A DNA stretch of 64,000 bases from an uncultured Oscillospiraceae bacterium (lineage in GTDB: Bacteria > Bacillota > Clostridia > Oscillospirales > Butyricicoccaceae). Shown one piece after another: positions 15,584-23,848 of this stretch (its first letter is position 1; each line of letters starts with the position of its first letter). The stretch covers positions 4,528 to 68,527 of the forward strand of contig CAZIPA010000006.1 of NCBI GenBank assembly GCA_964541085.1, in the 5' to 3' direction. The notes beneath the pieces are model-generated. The model saw nothing but the letters and a program-made list of their open reading frames with translations. It ran no database searches and was not told where the DNA came from. Both the position numbers and the translations under genes were made by a program.

Positions 15584-15681
15584 AAAAAATACTCCTTTCG
15601 GGGGAAACCTTTCTGTTTACAGTCTGATCTTACAACAGAAATATAAACCCTGTTTTTACAAAAGATAAACCCCAGTTAAAA

Positions 15682-16035
15682 TCATTTCGGCACGGTGAGA
15701 ATCAGCGCCAGCATCCGTGCGGGCCGATCCGAACGGTTTTCAATGCTGTGGGAAACGCCGGAGTGGGCATAGGAGGCATCACCGGGACGCAGCACGGTAT
15801 CCTGTCCGTTTTCCGTCAGCGTCAGCTCACCCTCCAGCAGATAATAGACCTCCGCGTCGCTGTCGTGGACATGGGGGCCGATGCTGTCGCCGGGATCGAA
15901 GAAAAACTCTGTCAGCAGGGTAGCGCTGCCAAACATGGCCTCTGCCTCCAGAATGTGCCGGTTTTCCAGACGGCCGCTGCCGCCCCGCACCCCGTCCCGC
16001 ACCTGAAGCCGCTGCTGCTCTTTGCGAATTACCAT
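15682..16035 (-). CDS. Cupin-domain protein
   Basis: 117 aa from ATG 16035 (GAAAGGA RBS). Cupin motifs GPHVHDSDAEVYYLLEGE and VSHSIEN. The upstream part of the longer ORF lies inside a repeat. Confidence 0.75.
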   Translation of the reverse strand: MVIRKEQQRLQVRDGVRGGSGRLENRHILEAEAMFGSATLLTEFFFDPGDSIGPHVHDSDAEVYYLLEGELTLTENGQDTVLRPGDASYAHSGVSHSIENRSDRPARMLALILTVPK

Positions 16036-16074
16036 AAAATCAGTCCTTTCTTTGTCTTTCATGCCTAATTTTCC

Positions 16075-16207
16075 GCCGCCCCGTGTCGGCGTTGTGCCGT
16101 CTGAGGGATTGTTCTCTCGTCCCCCGTCCCTCACGCCCGCAGGCGCATCACGCACGAAGTGCGCATCACGCTGCGAAGCATCGCATCACGCCGCAAGGCG
16201 CATCACT
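16075..16207. repeat. Intergenic hairpin-cassette repeat ('module A', GCGCATCACG units)
   Basis: CCCGCAGGCGCATCACGCACGAAGTGCGCATCACGCTGCGAAGCATCGCATCACGCCGCAAGGCG. Near-identical to 18640-18715 and reverse-complementary to 22830-22905, 27045-27095 and 34505-34560. Confidence 0.8.
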
Positions 16208-16209
16208 TA

Positions 16210-16617
16210 TCAAAGCGCTCCTTTTGCGTCGCGGTAATACTCCAGACTTTTCCGCAGGAATTCCTCCGGCACGGAAAAATAGTCCGCCAGCTCGTCGGGT
16301 CGGGTGAGGCCACGGCGCAGCGCACTTTTCAGCTCCCGCAGCGGCACCAGCCGCCGGATGGCCCAGCGGTCGGCCTTTTGTTCACAGCGGGCCCGCTGGA
16401 TCCGGCTGCTGTCCATGGTATAAAAGCTGCCGGTGGCACAATGCCCCATTTCATGTGCCAGACAGACCAGCTCCTCCGCACCGGTTTTCAGCTTGGAGAC
16501 ATCCATCCCGATATACCCGTCCGGGGTGGAAATGGCGGTGCTGCTCCGCAGCGGAAAGCAGAAAACCTGAAGTCCCAGACGGTCCGCCGTCTGATACAGG
16601 TCCTGCAGGCGGGTCAT
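16210..16617 (-). CDS. ImmA/IrrE-family zinc metallopeptidase
   Basis: 135 aa with an HEMGH zinc motif (CLAHEMGHC). The start overlaps the stop of the upstream XRE gene (ATGA). Confidence 0.85.
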   Translation of the reverse strand: MTRLQDLYQTADRLGLQVFCFPLRSSTAISTPDGYIGMDVSKLKTGAEELVCLAHEMGHCATGSFYTMDSSRIQRARCEQKADRWAIRRLVPLRELKSALRRGLTRPDELADYFSVPEEFLRKSLEYYRDAKGAL

Positions 16618-16940
16618 TCGTTCTGCCTCTTTTCCCGCAGCGCCCGCTTGAAGCGGACAAAATCCAGCACATCCTGCTTGTCCTCCTCCGTGAGCTGCCG
16701 CACCTCGCCAAAGAGGGCAAACTCCAGGGGAGAGGTCTCCTGCTGCCGATCCTCAAAAAAGTAATTGGCCTCCACATTCAGGACGGTGCAGAGCCGCTGG
16801 ATGGTCTTTGCGTCCGGTTGATTCTGTCCCTTCTCCCAGTTGCTGACGGAATTGTGCTTTGCACCTACCGCCTCGGCCAGCTCCTTCTGTGTCAGCTGAC
16901 AGCTTTTCCGGGCATGACGCAGCTTTTCTCCAAATTCCAT
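16614..16940 (-). CDS. XRE-family helix-turn-helix transcriptional regulator
   Basis: 108 aa. Classic Cro/C1 HTH (LTQKELAEAVGAKHNSVSNWEKGQNQP). AAAGGAG RBS. Confidence 0.9.
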   Translation of the reverse strand: MEFGEKLRHARKSCQLTQKELAEAVGAKHNSVSNWEKGQNQPDAKTIQRLCTVLNVEANYFFEDRQQETSPLEFALFGEVRQLTEEDKQDVLDFVRFKRALREKRQNE

Positions 16941-17011
16941 AGCCCATTGCTCCTTTCCGGTTTCCTGTTACCAACACCATATCACATCTTTTTGAAAATG
17001 TAAAGAAATAA

Positions 17012-17133
17012 TTTCGAAAATACTGAAATGTTTTTCTTGACATTTCACTTTTTTAAGATTATGCTGGTGTCAGTTTCGAAATGTTCGAAATTGTCTTCTG
17101 CTTCCCTACAGCTTAAGAACAGAATATCGAAAA
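17012..17133. promoter_or_regulatory. Four TTCGAAA-core operator-like sites in the XRE/Mor divergent region
   Basis: TTTCGAAA at 17012-17019 and 17074-17081, GTTCGAAAT at 17083-17091, TATCGAAAA at 17125-17133. They bracket the predicted promoter. Confidence 0.45.
17037..17065 (+). promoter_or_regulatory. Sigma-70-type promoter for the Mor-like gene
   Basis: TTGACA (17037-17042), 17-nt spacer, TATGCT (17060-17065). Confidence 0.5.
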
Positions 17134-17169
17134 TTGTGTCCGATAAACAGGACAGAAAGGACGGTAGCT

Positions 17170-17475
17170 ATGCAAAATCAACTGACACAGGACCTGGTCC
17201 CACAGGAAATGCACTGGCTGGTGGAGCTGGTGGGCATGGAGCAGTTTTTGCGCATCCTGGATATGGTGGGCGGCGAGAACATTTATTTCCCCAAACGGGA
17301 GACCATCGAGCGGCCGCTGCGCCACCGGGCCATCTGCCGGGAGTTCAACGGTGACAATCTGCGCCAGCTTTCCCGGAAATACGGCCTGACTGAGCGCTGC
17401 ATCCGGAATATTCTCCGGGCAGGCTGCAAACGCTCGGCGGAAACATCTTTTCTTTTTCCAAAGGATGGAGTATAA
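17170..17475 (+). CDS. Mor-family transcriptional activator-like protein
   Basis: 101 aa from ATG 17170 (AAAGGA RBS). Mor signature VGGENIYFPKRE...RHRAICREFNGDNLRQLSRKYGLTERCIRNIL. Confidence 0.8.
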   Translation: MQNQLTQDLVPQEMHWLVELVGMEQFLRILDMVGGENIYFPKRETIERPLRHRAICREFNGDNLRQLSRKYGLTERCIRNILRAGCKRSAETSFLFPKDGV

Positions 17476-17507
17476 TGGGGATATAAAGTCTGAAGGAGGT
17501 TTTCCCC

Positions 17508-18536
17508 ATGCTGTTAGGACATGAAAAAGTATCGTTTCTCCATCTTCCCACGCCGCTGGAATATCTGCCCGGTGTTTCCGCCGATCTGGGCGTGGAATTC
17601 TATATCAAGCGGGATGATCTGACCAATGTGGGTGTGGGCGGCAACAAGCTGCGCAAGCTGGAATATCTGCTGAAGGATGCTCAGGACAAGGGCGCGACCA
17701 TGCTGCTGACGCTGGGCGGCGCACAGACCAACCATGGACGGCTCACCGCTGCCGTGGCGGCCAAGTACGGCATGAAATGTGCCATCGTCTGCGTGGACGA
17801 TTATCCCGGCGAGCTCAGCGCAAACCTGCTGCTGGACCGTCTTTTCGGTGCGGAGGTCATTCTGAAGCACGATGACGGCCGTCCGGAAAACGAGCAGTTT
17901 GCCGAGGTGGCGGCGCAGGTAAAGGCCCGCTATGAGGCGCAGGGGGAGACGGTGTATGAGATCCCCGTGGGCGGCTCCAATGTGGGCGGCATTCTGGGCT
18001 ATTATGAGTGCGCCATGGAGCTGACGGCCCAGGCCCGGGAAATGGGTCTGGAGGATGCCACCGTGTATGATGCCGTGGGCAGCATCGGCACCTATATGGG
18101 TCTGTACTGCGGCCTGAAGAATGAGGGTTCGCCGCTGGGACTGGTGGGCATTGCCATTTCTCCCTTCCTGGAGGCCAAGGACGCCCGCATTGTGGAATAT
18201 TTCCAGCAGGTAAAGGCGGCCTACGGCCTGCATATTGACGCCAAGCGGGAAGATTTCCACATTGAGAAGGATTACACCCGGGGCGCTTACAACAATCCCT
18301 GCAGGGAGGTTCGGGACGCCATCCGCTACATGGCCGGCCGGGAGGGCATCATTCTGGATCCCTGCTACACCGGCAAGGCCTTCGCAGGCATTCTGGATAT
18401 GCTGAAGGAGGGCAAGATCGAAAAGGGCAGCAAGGTGATCTTCCTGCATACCGGCGGTCTGCCCGGCATCTATACGAAACATCATCGGATGGAGCTGGAA
18501 AAGGAGCTGCTGGACGGCGTGACCATTCTGGATTGA
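17508..18536 (+). CDS. PLP-dependent D-cysteine desulfhydrase / ACC-deaminase family enzyme
   Basis: 342 aa. Family signature GGNKLRKLEYLL and TLGGAQTNH. GAAGGAGG RBS. Confidence 0.85.
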   Translation: MLLGHEKVSFLHLPTPLEYLPGVSADLGVEFYIKRDDLTNVGVGGNKLRKLEYLLKDAQDKGATMLLTLGGAQTNHGRLTAAVAAKYGMKCAIVCVDDYPGELSANLLLDRLFGAEVILKHDDGRPENEQFAEVAAQVKARYEAQGETVYEIPVGGSNVGGILGYYECAMELTAQAREMGLEDATVYDAVGSIGTYMGLYCGLKNEGSPLGLVGIAISPFLEAKDARIVEYFQQVKAAYGLHIDAKREDFHIEKDYTRGAYNNPCREVRDAIRYMAGREGIILDPCYTGKAFAGILDMLKEGKIEKGSKVIFLHTGGLPGIYTKHHRMELEKELLDGVTILD

Positions 18537-18565
18537 GACTCCACAACATCGCATTTCAAAAACAG

Positions 18566-18595
18566 ACCCGGCGGAGCTTTTCCGCCGGGTTTTTG
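18566..18595 (+). terminator. Rho-independent terminator
   Basis: ACCCGGCGGA-loop-TCCGCCGGGT followed by TTTTT. Confidence 0.75.
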
Positions 18596-18600
18596 TTGTG

Positions 18601-18745
18601 GCTGGATGCTCGCCTGAGGGATTGTACTTCCGTCCCCCGTCTCCTCACGCCCGCAGGCGCATCACGCACGAAGTGCGCATCACGATGCGAAGCATCGCAT
18701 CACGCCGCAAGGCGGCGATATCACTGCGCCGTAAGGCGCCTCCCT
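18601..18745. repeat. Intergenic hairpin-cassette repeat (module A copy)
   Basis: Same GCGCATCACG-unit array as 16075-16207. Ends with GGCGATATCACTGCGCC. Confidence 0.8.
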
Positions 18746-18885
18746 CCAATTCTTGAGAAAAAAGTTCATGTTCTGGACAAGGGTTGTAACCGTGGTGTAA
18801 TTGATATTTTCCGACGGCTTCGATATAATAAGGGCAGAAACATCCCCTTTATGGGTTCGATTTTCATGGAATGGGAGGCTCCTGC

Positions 18886-20700
18886 ATGGAAGAAAGGAAA
18901 CCTCGGGGCGGCGCACACGCTGCGGGCAAACACGAATCCCCCCGCCGGGCCCGGCCCGCAAAAACGCCCAAGCCCCGGAAGAGCAAGGCAAAAAAAGAAA
19001 AAAAGCGGGGTCTGGGAGCCCTGCTGGCTGCCGGAATCATTCTGGCGCTGGTGATCGGCTTCTGCGGCTACACCGCGTGGCAGCTGTATTTTAACGATAC
19101 CATCCGTCAGGGTGTGTGGATGGGCGACACGGAGCTTTCCGGCATGACACCCCAGGAGGCCCGGGCCGCGCTGCAAAAATCCTACGGCGATTCGCTCAAC
19201 CAGCAGCTGGAAATCACCGCCGCCGGACAGAGCTTTACCCTGTCTGTGGCCGATGCCGGACTGTCCTACGATATCAACGGCAGCACCCAGACCGCCTATG
19301 ATTATGGCCGTCAGGGAAGTCTGCTGCAGCGGGCAAAGGATTTCTGGCAGGCAAAGGGCGGCCGGGTACAGCTGGAGCTGGCCACTACGCTGGACGAAGC
19401 GGCGCTGGAAGCCCAGGTGGATACCATTGCCCAGCAGGTGCAGCAGCCCCTGTCCCCCTCCTCCTATCATTATGTGGACGGAACCCTATCCATCGACAAG
19501 GGTCAGGCGGGCTACACCCTCAACCGGGAAGACCTGTTGAACCAGCTGGTGACGGTGCTGCATACCGCTCAGTTTGACCAGACCGTCGAGGGTCAGCTGG
19601 ACATCACCCAGCCGGAGGCGCTGGATGCGGAAGCCATTGCGGCGGAGATCAACCGGGAGCCGGTGGAAACCTCGCTGGATCTGGCCTCTGACCCCACCGG
19701 CAATACCATTCTGGCAGGACAGGCCGGTGTGACGGTGGATCTGGCCGAGCTGAAGCAGGTGCTGTCCTCGGAAAGCCGCATGGCATCCCTTTCCTGCGCA
19801 GTGCAGGAGCCTCAGTATACCGCCTCGGAGCTGAAGGCGCTGCTCTTCCGGGATGTGCTGGGAGAATGCACCTCCACCTTCAATTCCAAGCTCACCGGCC
19901 GTACCACCAATGTGCTGCTGGCGGCGGATTTCTGCAACGGCGTGATTCTGCTGCCCGGCGACATTTTCTCCTATAATGATACCGTAGGCCCCCGAACCTA
20001 TGAACGGGGATTTATGGATGCCATTGTGTACATCGGAACCTCTGCGGAGGACGGTGTGGGCGGCGGCATCTGTCAGGTGAGCTCCACCATTTATTCCGCC
20101 ATGCTCCGGGCCGATCTGGAAACGGTGGAACGCTATCCCCACAGCCGTGAGGTCACTTATGTGGGCAAGGGCGAGGATGCCACGGTGGCCTGGGGCAGCA
20201 AGGATTTCCGCTTTGCCAACAATACGGAGTTTCCGGTGAAGATGGAGGTCACCCACAAGGAAAACAGTCTGACTGTGCGCCTTTACGGCACCAAAACCCA
20301 GAATAAAACGGTGAAGATCGAGACAAATATTCTGGAAAAGACCCCCTTTGAGACGCTGCGGGTGCTGGATGAGACGCTGGCCCCCGGCACGGAAAAGACG
20401 GAATCCAACGGCTATACCGGCTACAAATCCGAGACTTATCGTGTGGTGTATATCGACGGTGTGCAGATTTCCCGGACGCTGGAGAATACCAGCACCTATA
20501 AGAAATATGACAAGGTGATTCATTACAATCCCGCAAGCACCACGCCCACTCCAACGCCTACACCGACGCCGACACCGACGCCCACGCCTGAGCCCGAGCC
20601 CACACCTGTGCCGGATCCCGTGCCCGAGCCTGCGCCCGATCCCGAGCCCGCACCCGGCGACGACGGCGGCGACGACGATACCTTCCCCCGGTTTTTCTGA
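18886..20700 (+). CDS. VanW-family protein with G5-like domain and (Thr-Pro)n / Pro-Glu tail
   Basis: 604 aa from ATG 18886 (GGGAGG RBS). Lys-rich N-terminus plus a TM helix. VanW core (GGGICQVSSTIYSAMLRADLE..RYPHS). G5-like segment. C-terminal TPTPTPTPTPTPTPEPEP low complexity. Confidence 0.85.
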   Translation: MEERKPRGGAHAAGKHESPRRARPAKTPKPRKSKAKKEKKRGLGALLAAGIILALVIGFCGYTAWQLYFNDTIRQGVWMGDTELSGMTPQEARAALQKSYGDSLNQQLEITAAGQSFTLSVADAGLSYDINGSTQTAYDYGRQGSLLQRAKDFWQAKGGRVQLELATTLDEAALEAQVDTIAQQVQQPLSPSSYHYVDGTLSIDKGQAGYTLNREDLLNQLVTVLHTAQFDQTVEGQLDITQPEALDAEAIAAEINREPVETSLDLASDPTGNTILAGQAGVTVDLAELKQVLSSESRMASLSCAVQEPQYTASELKALLFRDVLGECTSTFNSKLTGRTTNVLLAADFCNGVILLPGDIFSYNDTVGPRTYERGFMDAIVYIGTSAEDGVGGGICQVSSTIYSAMLRADLETVERYPHSREVTYVGKGEDATVAWGSKDFRFANNTEFPVKMEVTHKENSLTVRLYGTKTQNKTVKIETNILEKTPFETLRVLDETLAPGTEKTESNGYTGYKSETYRVVYIDGVQISRTLENTSTYKKYDKVIHYNPASTTPTPTPTPTPTPTPTPEPEPTPVPDPVPEPAPDPEPAPGDDGGDDDTFPRFF

Positions 20701-20708
20701 TAACACAA

Positions 20709-20743
20709 CTCCCCGGAAGCCAAGGCTTTCCGGGGAGGTTTTT
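20709..20743 (+). terminator. Rho-independent terminator
   Basis: CTCCCCGGAA-loop-TTCCGGGGAG followed by GTTTTTG. Confidence 0.7.
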
Positions 20744-20836
20744 GTTGTGGAGCTGCCCCCCTCCTTCGCAGACTTCCTCTTGCGCTGTGGGGCAAAAGCG
20801 GGTATAATCAAAGCAAAGACAGAAGGAGGACAACCT

Positions 20837-22030
20837 ATGTTGAATGCACAGCAGCTGTTACAGCAGGCACAGGCGCTTTTTCCCTATATGCAGTCCGTCC
20901 GGCGGGAGATTCATCAGCACCCCGAGCTGGGCGGCGCGGAGACGCAAACCCAGGCACTGATCCTGCGGGAGCTGGCCGCCATGGGCATTGAAGCCCGAAA
21001 ATGCGCCGACACCGGCGTGGTGGGCATCATCCGAGGCAGCCGGCCCGGAAAAACCATCGGACTGCGGGCGGACATTGATGCGCTGCCCCTGCAGGAGGAA
21101 ACCGGTCTGCCCTTTGCCTCACAGAATCCCGGCGTGATGCACGCCTGCGGACACGATACTCATGCGGCCTCGCTGCTGGGTGCGGCCCGGCTTTTGCAGA
21201 ACAATCGGGACAGCATCCGGGGCAATGTCAAGCTGTTTTTCCAGCCGGATGAGGAACACCGTGGCGGAGCCCAGCGGATGGTGAATGAGGGCTGTCTTCA
21301 GGATCCGCCGGTGAGCGCGGTCTTCTGCGGCCACAGCGCCACCGACTGTGATGCCGGGGAATATGCCCTGAAATATGATCGCTGTTATGCGGCCTCCAAC
21401 CCCTTCAAGGTTACCGTTTATGGAAAAGGCTGCCACGGCGCGTTCCCCGGTGACGGCATTGACGCAGTGCTCATCGGCAGCGAAGTTGTCTGCGCTCTGC
21501 AAACACTGGTCTCCCGGCGCATCTTTGCCACAGACTCTGCCGTGGTAACGGTGGGCTCCTTCCACAGCGGAACCAAGGGCAATATTATTGCGGAAACCGC
21601 TGTGTTGGAGGGCATTATCCGCACCCTCGGCCCGGAAATGCGAAAGAAAATGTGCACCCTGTTCCGGGAGACGGTGGAAGGCATTGCGTCCGCGCTGGGC
21701 GGACGGGCAGAGGTGGAGATCGAGGACGGCTACCCCGGTGTCATCAACACGGATTCCATGACGGCGCTGGTGCAGCGTTCCATGACCGCGCTGGTGGGAG
21801 AGGAGCACATCCATCTGCACACCATTCCGGAAATGGGCTCGGAGGACTTCGGTGCGTTTATGGACGGCATCCCCGGCTGCTACGGCTTTTTCGGCTTTGG
21901 CGACGGCAGACAGAAGTGCGTCCATGCGGCCCACAGCTCCCGGTTTATGCTCAATGAGGACGGGCTTGTGTATGCGGCGGCGCTGCACACCCGGGTGGCG
22001 CTGGATTATCTGAATCAGGATGAATTTTAA
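20837..22030 (+). CDS. M20D-family amidohydrolase (N-acyl-amino-acid amidohydrolase-like)
   Basis: 397 aa from ATG 20837 (GAAGGAGG RBS). REIHQHPELG and MHACGHDTH metal-site signatures. Confidence 0.88.
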   Translation: MLNAQQLLQQAQALFPYMQSVRREIHQHPELGGAETQTQALILRELAAMGIEARKCADTGVVGIIRGSRPGKTIGLRADIDALPLQEETGLPFASQNPGVMHACGHDTHAASLLGAARLLQNNRDSIRGNVKLFFQPDEEHRGGAQRMVNEGCLQDPPVSAVFCGHSATDCDAGEYALKYDRCYAASNPFKVTVYGKGCHGAFPGDGIDAVLIGSEVVCALQTLVSRRIFATDSAVVTVGSFHSGTKGNIIAETAVLEGIIRTLGPEMRKKMCTLFRETVEGIASALGGRAEVEIEDGYPGVINTDSMTALVQRSMTALVGEEHIHLHTIPEMGSEDFGAFMDGIPGCYGFFGFGDGRQKCVHAAHSSRFMLNEDGLVYAAALHTRVALDYLNQDEF

Positions 22031-22045
22031 GAGAAGGAGAAGGCT

Positions 22046-22708
22046 ATGATTGCGATTATTTGTGCCATGAATGTGGAGCTGGAGGAGATTCTCCGGCGGA
22101 TGGAAAATGTCCGGCAGGAGCAGTGCGCCGGTGTGCAGGTGCATCTGGGAACGCTGGAGGGACAGCAGGTGGCGGCCGTGGTTTGCGGCGTGGGAAAGGT
22201 GTCTGCCGCCCTGTGTACCCAGATGCTCATCAGCCGCTATCAGCTCTCGGCCCTGTTCCATTCCGGCATTGCGGGCGGCGTGTCTCCCAATTTGAAGCCC
22301 ATGGATGTGGTGGTGGCACGGGAGCTCACCTATCGGGATATGTCGGAGGACATCAAGCGCTCCTGGCTGCCCTGCGGCGGCGTATTTCTGGCGGATGCAA
22401 AGCTGTCTGCGCTGCTGCGGCAGGCGGCACCGGAGGCGTTGGTGGGATGCATGGCCACCGGCGATCTGTTTTTGGAGAGCAGGGAGGAAAAGCTGCGGCT
22501 CCAGCAGGATTTCAACGCCCTCTGTGCGGATATGGAAAGTGCAGCCGTGGCGCAGGTTTGCGTGGTGAATCAGGTGCCCTTCGCCGTGCTGCGGTGCATT
22601 TCCGATCTGGGCGATGATGAAGCCCGGGGCGATTATGAATGCTTCGAGCAGCGGGCCGCACACCTCTCGGCGGACATCCTGTGCCAGGCCATCGGAAAGA
22701 TGGAATAA
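22046..22708 (+). CDS. mtnN: 5'-methylthioadenosine/S-adenosylhomocysteine nucleosidase
   Basis: 220 aa. Typical MIAIICAM.EL N-terminus, GVGKVSAA, and DMESAAVAQVC. Confidence 0.88.
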   Translation: MIAIICAMNVELEEILRRMENVRQEQCAGVQVHLGTLEGQQVAAVVCGVGKVSAALCTQMLISRYQLSALFHSGIAGGVSPNLKPMDVVVARELTYRDMSEDIKRSWLPCGGVFLADAKLSALLRQAAPEALVGCMATGDLFLESREEKLRLQQDFNALCADMESAAVAQVCVVNQVPFAVLRCISDLGDDEARGDYECFEQRAAHLSADILCQAIGKME

Positions 22709-22726
22709 AAGAACAGCTATAAAACG

Positions 22727-22753
22727 AAAGCTCCCCGCGAGGGGAGCTTTTTT
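22727..22753 (+). terminator. Rho-independent terminator (AAAGCTCCCC family)
   Basis: AAAGCTCCCC-GCGA-GGGGAGCTTTTT. The same stem recurs at 30318-30344 and 40591-40617. Confidence 0.8.
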
Positions 22754-22997
22754 AATGATATCGGCTTCGCCGGTGAAATCTTCTTCGAAGATGAAATCGC
22801 CTTGCGCCGGTGAAATCCCTGCGGGGATGGGAAGAAGTGATGCGCCTGCGGCGTGATGCGATGCCTTGCATCGTGATGCGCACTTCGTGCGTGATGCGCC
22901 TGCGGGCGTTGGGGACGGGGGCGAAAGGACAACCCTCTCAGTCACCTGCGGTGACAGCTCTCCCAGAAGGAGAGCCAAGCCGGGAGAGAGAGCCGCA
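22754..22997. repeat. Composite intergenic repeat (AATGATATC end, module A, GCTCTCCC hairpin module)
   Basis: Starts AATGATATCGGC. Contains ATCTTC-TTC-GAAGAT, the GTGATGCG unit array, GTCAC-CTGCG-GTGAC and GCTCTCC-CAGAA-GGAGAGC hairpins. Matches parts of 27290-27470. Confidence 0.8.
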
Positions 22998-23054
22998 ATA
23001 AATGCGAACCACGCCTGACGCCCCGGCATAGACTGCCTTACAGGAGGGGATCGG

Positions 23055-23477
23055 ATGGCTGTCACGCTGCCGCCCATCGGACTGGGCTTTCACGGGGACC
23101 CGGAGACACAGGCACTGATGACCGGTGCGGTGACGGCGGGCAACCTGTTTACCATCGCCGTGCTGCGGGGCAAGGCCCGACTGCTGAAGCATCCGGAGCT
23201 GGAGGGAAACACGCCGCCGATTCTGGATGTGCTGCCCCGGCTGGGGGCGGTGATTTTTACCGTGACCTCCTTTTATTTTCTGGTGCTGGCCTGGAACGAT
23301 GCCGCCCGGGACGCCAACCGGCAGGACGGAGGCAATCCCCAGCAGGGAACCTCTGCCCAGCTGCGGCTGCTGCTGATGGCAAACCTGCTGGCCACGGCGG
23401 CGGTACTCATGCGTACAAAGGTGGTGTTTTCCTCCCCGCCCCTGTCTGCCCTGTCGGTAGAGGCGCTGGAGACCTGA
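23055..23477 (+). CDS. Hypothetical membrane protein
   Basis: 140 aa with an AGGAGG RBS and several hydrophobic helices. No recognisable family. Confidence 0.6.
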   Translation: MAVTLPPIGLGFHGDPETQALMTGAVTAGNLFTIAVLRGKARLLKHPELEGNTPPILDVLPRLGAVIFTVTSFYFLVLAWNDAARDANRQDGGNPQQGTSAQLRLLLMANLLATAAVLMRTKVVFSSPPLSALSVEALET

Positions 23478-23479
23478 GC

Positions 23480-23755
23480 CTAAGCATCCCCCTTCAGCTG
23501 CTCCAGCTGCTGCTGCAAACGCTTCACCTGCTGCTCCAGTGCGTCCAGACGCCCGCTGTCCGGACCGTCCCCCGCCGAAAGCAGCTGGCTCTGGGCCGAG
23601 CTGGTTTCCAGAATCTGTCCGATGAGCATCAGCCAGTTGCCCAGGGCATTCTGCTGATTATAATCCAGCCGACCCAGCAGGGCAAAGCCCAGCACCGTTC
23701 CCACGGCGGTGAGCAGCGGTGCCGGCAAATCAAAAAAGCCCTCCTTGGACGGCAT
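23480..23755 (-). CDS. Small TM + coiled-coil protein
   Basis: 91 aa from ATG 23755 (AAAGGAG RBS). TM helix (LLTAVGTVLGFALLG) and a C-terminal coiled coil (LDALEQQVKRLQQQLEQLK). The rest of the 490-aa ORF is an antisense shadow of the next gene. Confidence 0.65.
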   Translation of the reverse strand: MPSKEGFFDLPAPLLTAVGTVLGFALLGRLDYNQQNALGNWLMLIGQILETSSAQSQLLSAGDGPDSGRLDALEQQVKRLQQQLEQLKGDA

Positions 23756-23848
23756 GGGACGGCTCCTTTCTTTTCCCCTTGCCAGTGGGGAGAATCTGAT
23801 ATATAATAAGAAAAAGCATTGCGGAAACGGGAAAAGGAGGTCTGTCCG

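Noticed and set aside
16022-16237. Short ORFs translating to ...ASRTKCASRCEASHHAA... (also at 18533-19054, 22717-22932, 26410-26932, 27055-27432 and 34546-34881)
   Set aside because: They lie entirely inside the intergenic repeat family. The same 'peptide' appears on whichever strand the repeat happens to face. There is no RBS and several frames overlap, so these are repeat artefacts, not genes.
20520-20700. (Thr-Pro)n / Pro-Glu-Asp coding repeat at the VanW C-terminus as a contingency locus (also the Q/P/E-rich N-terminus of HtrA at about 15440-15583)
   Set aside because: The repeat is imperfect at the nucleotide level because codons vary (acg ccc act cca acg cct ...), so slipped-strand phase variation is unlikely. 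These look like ordinary low-complexity linkers.
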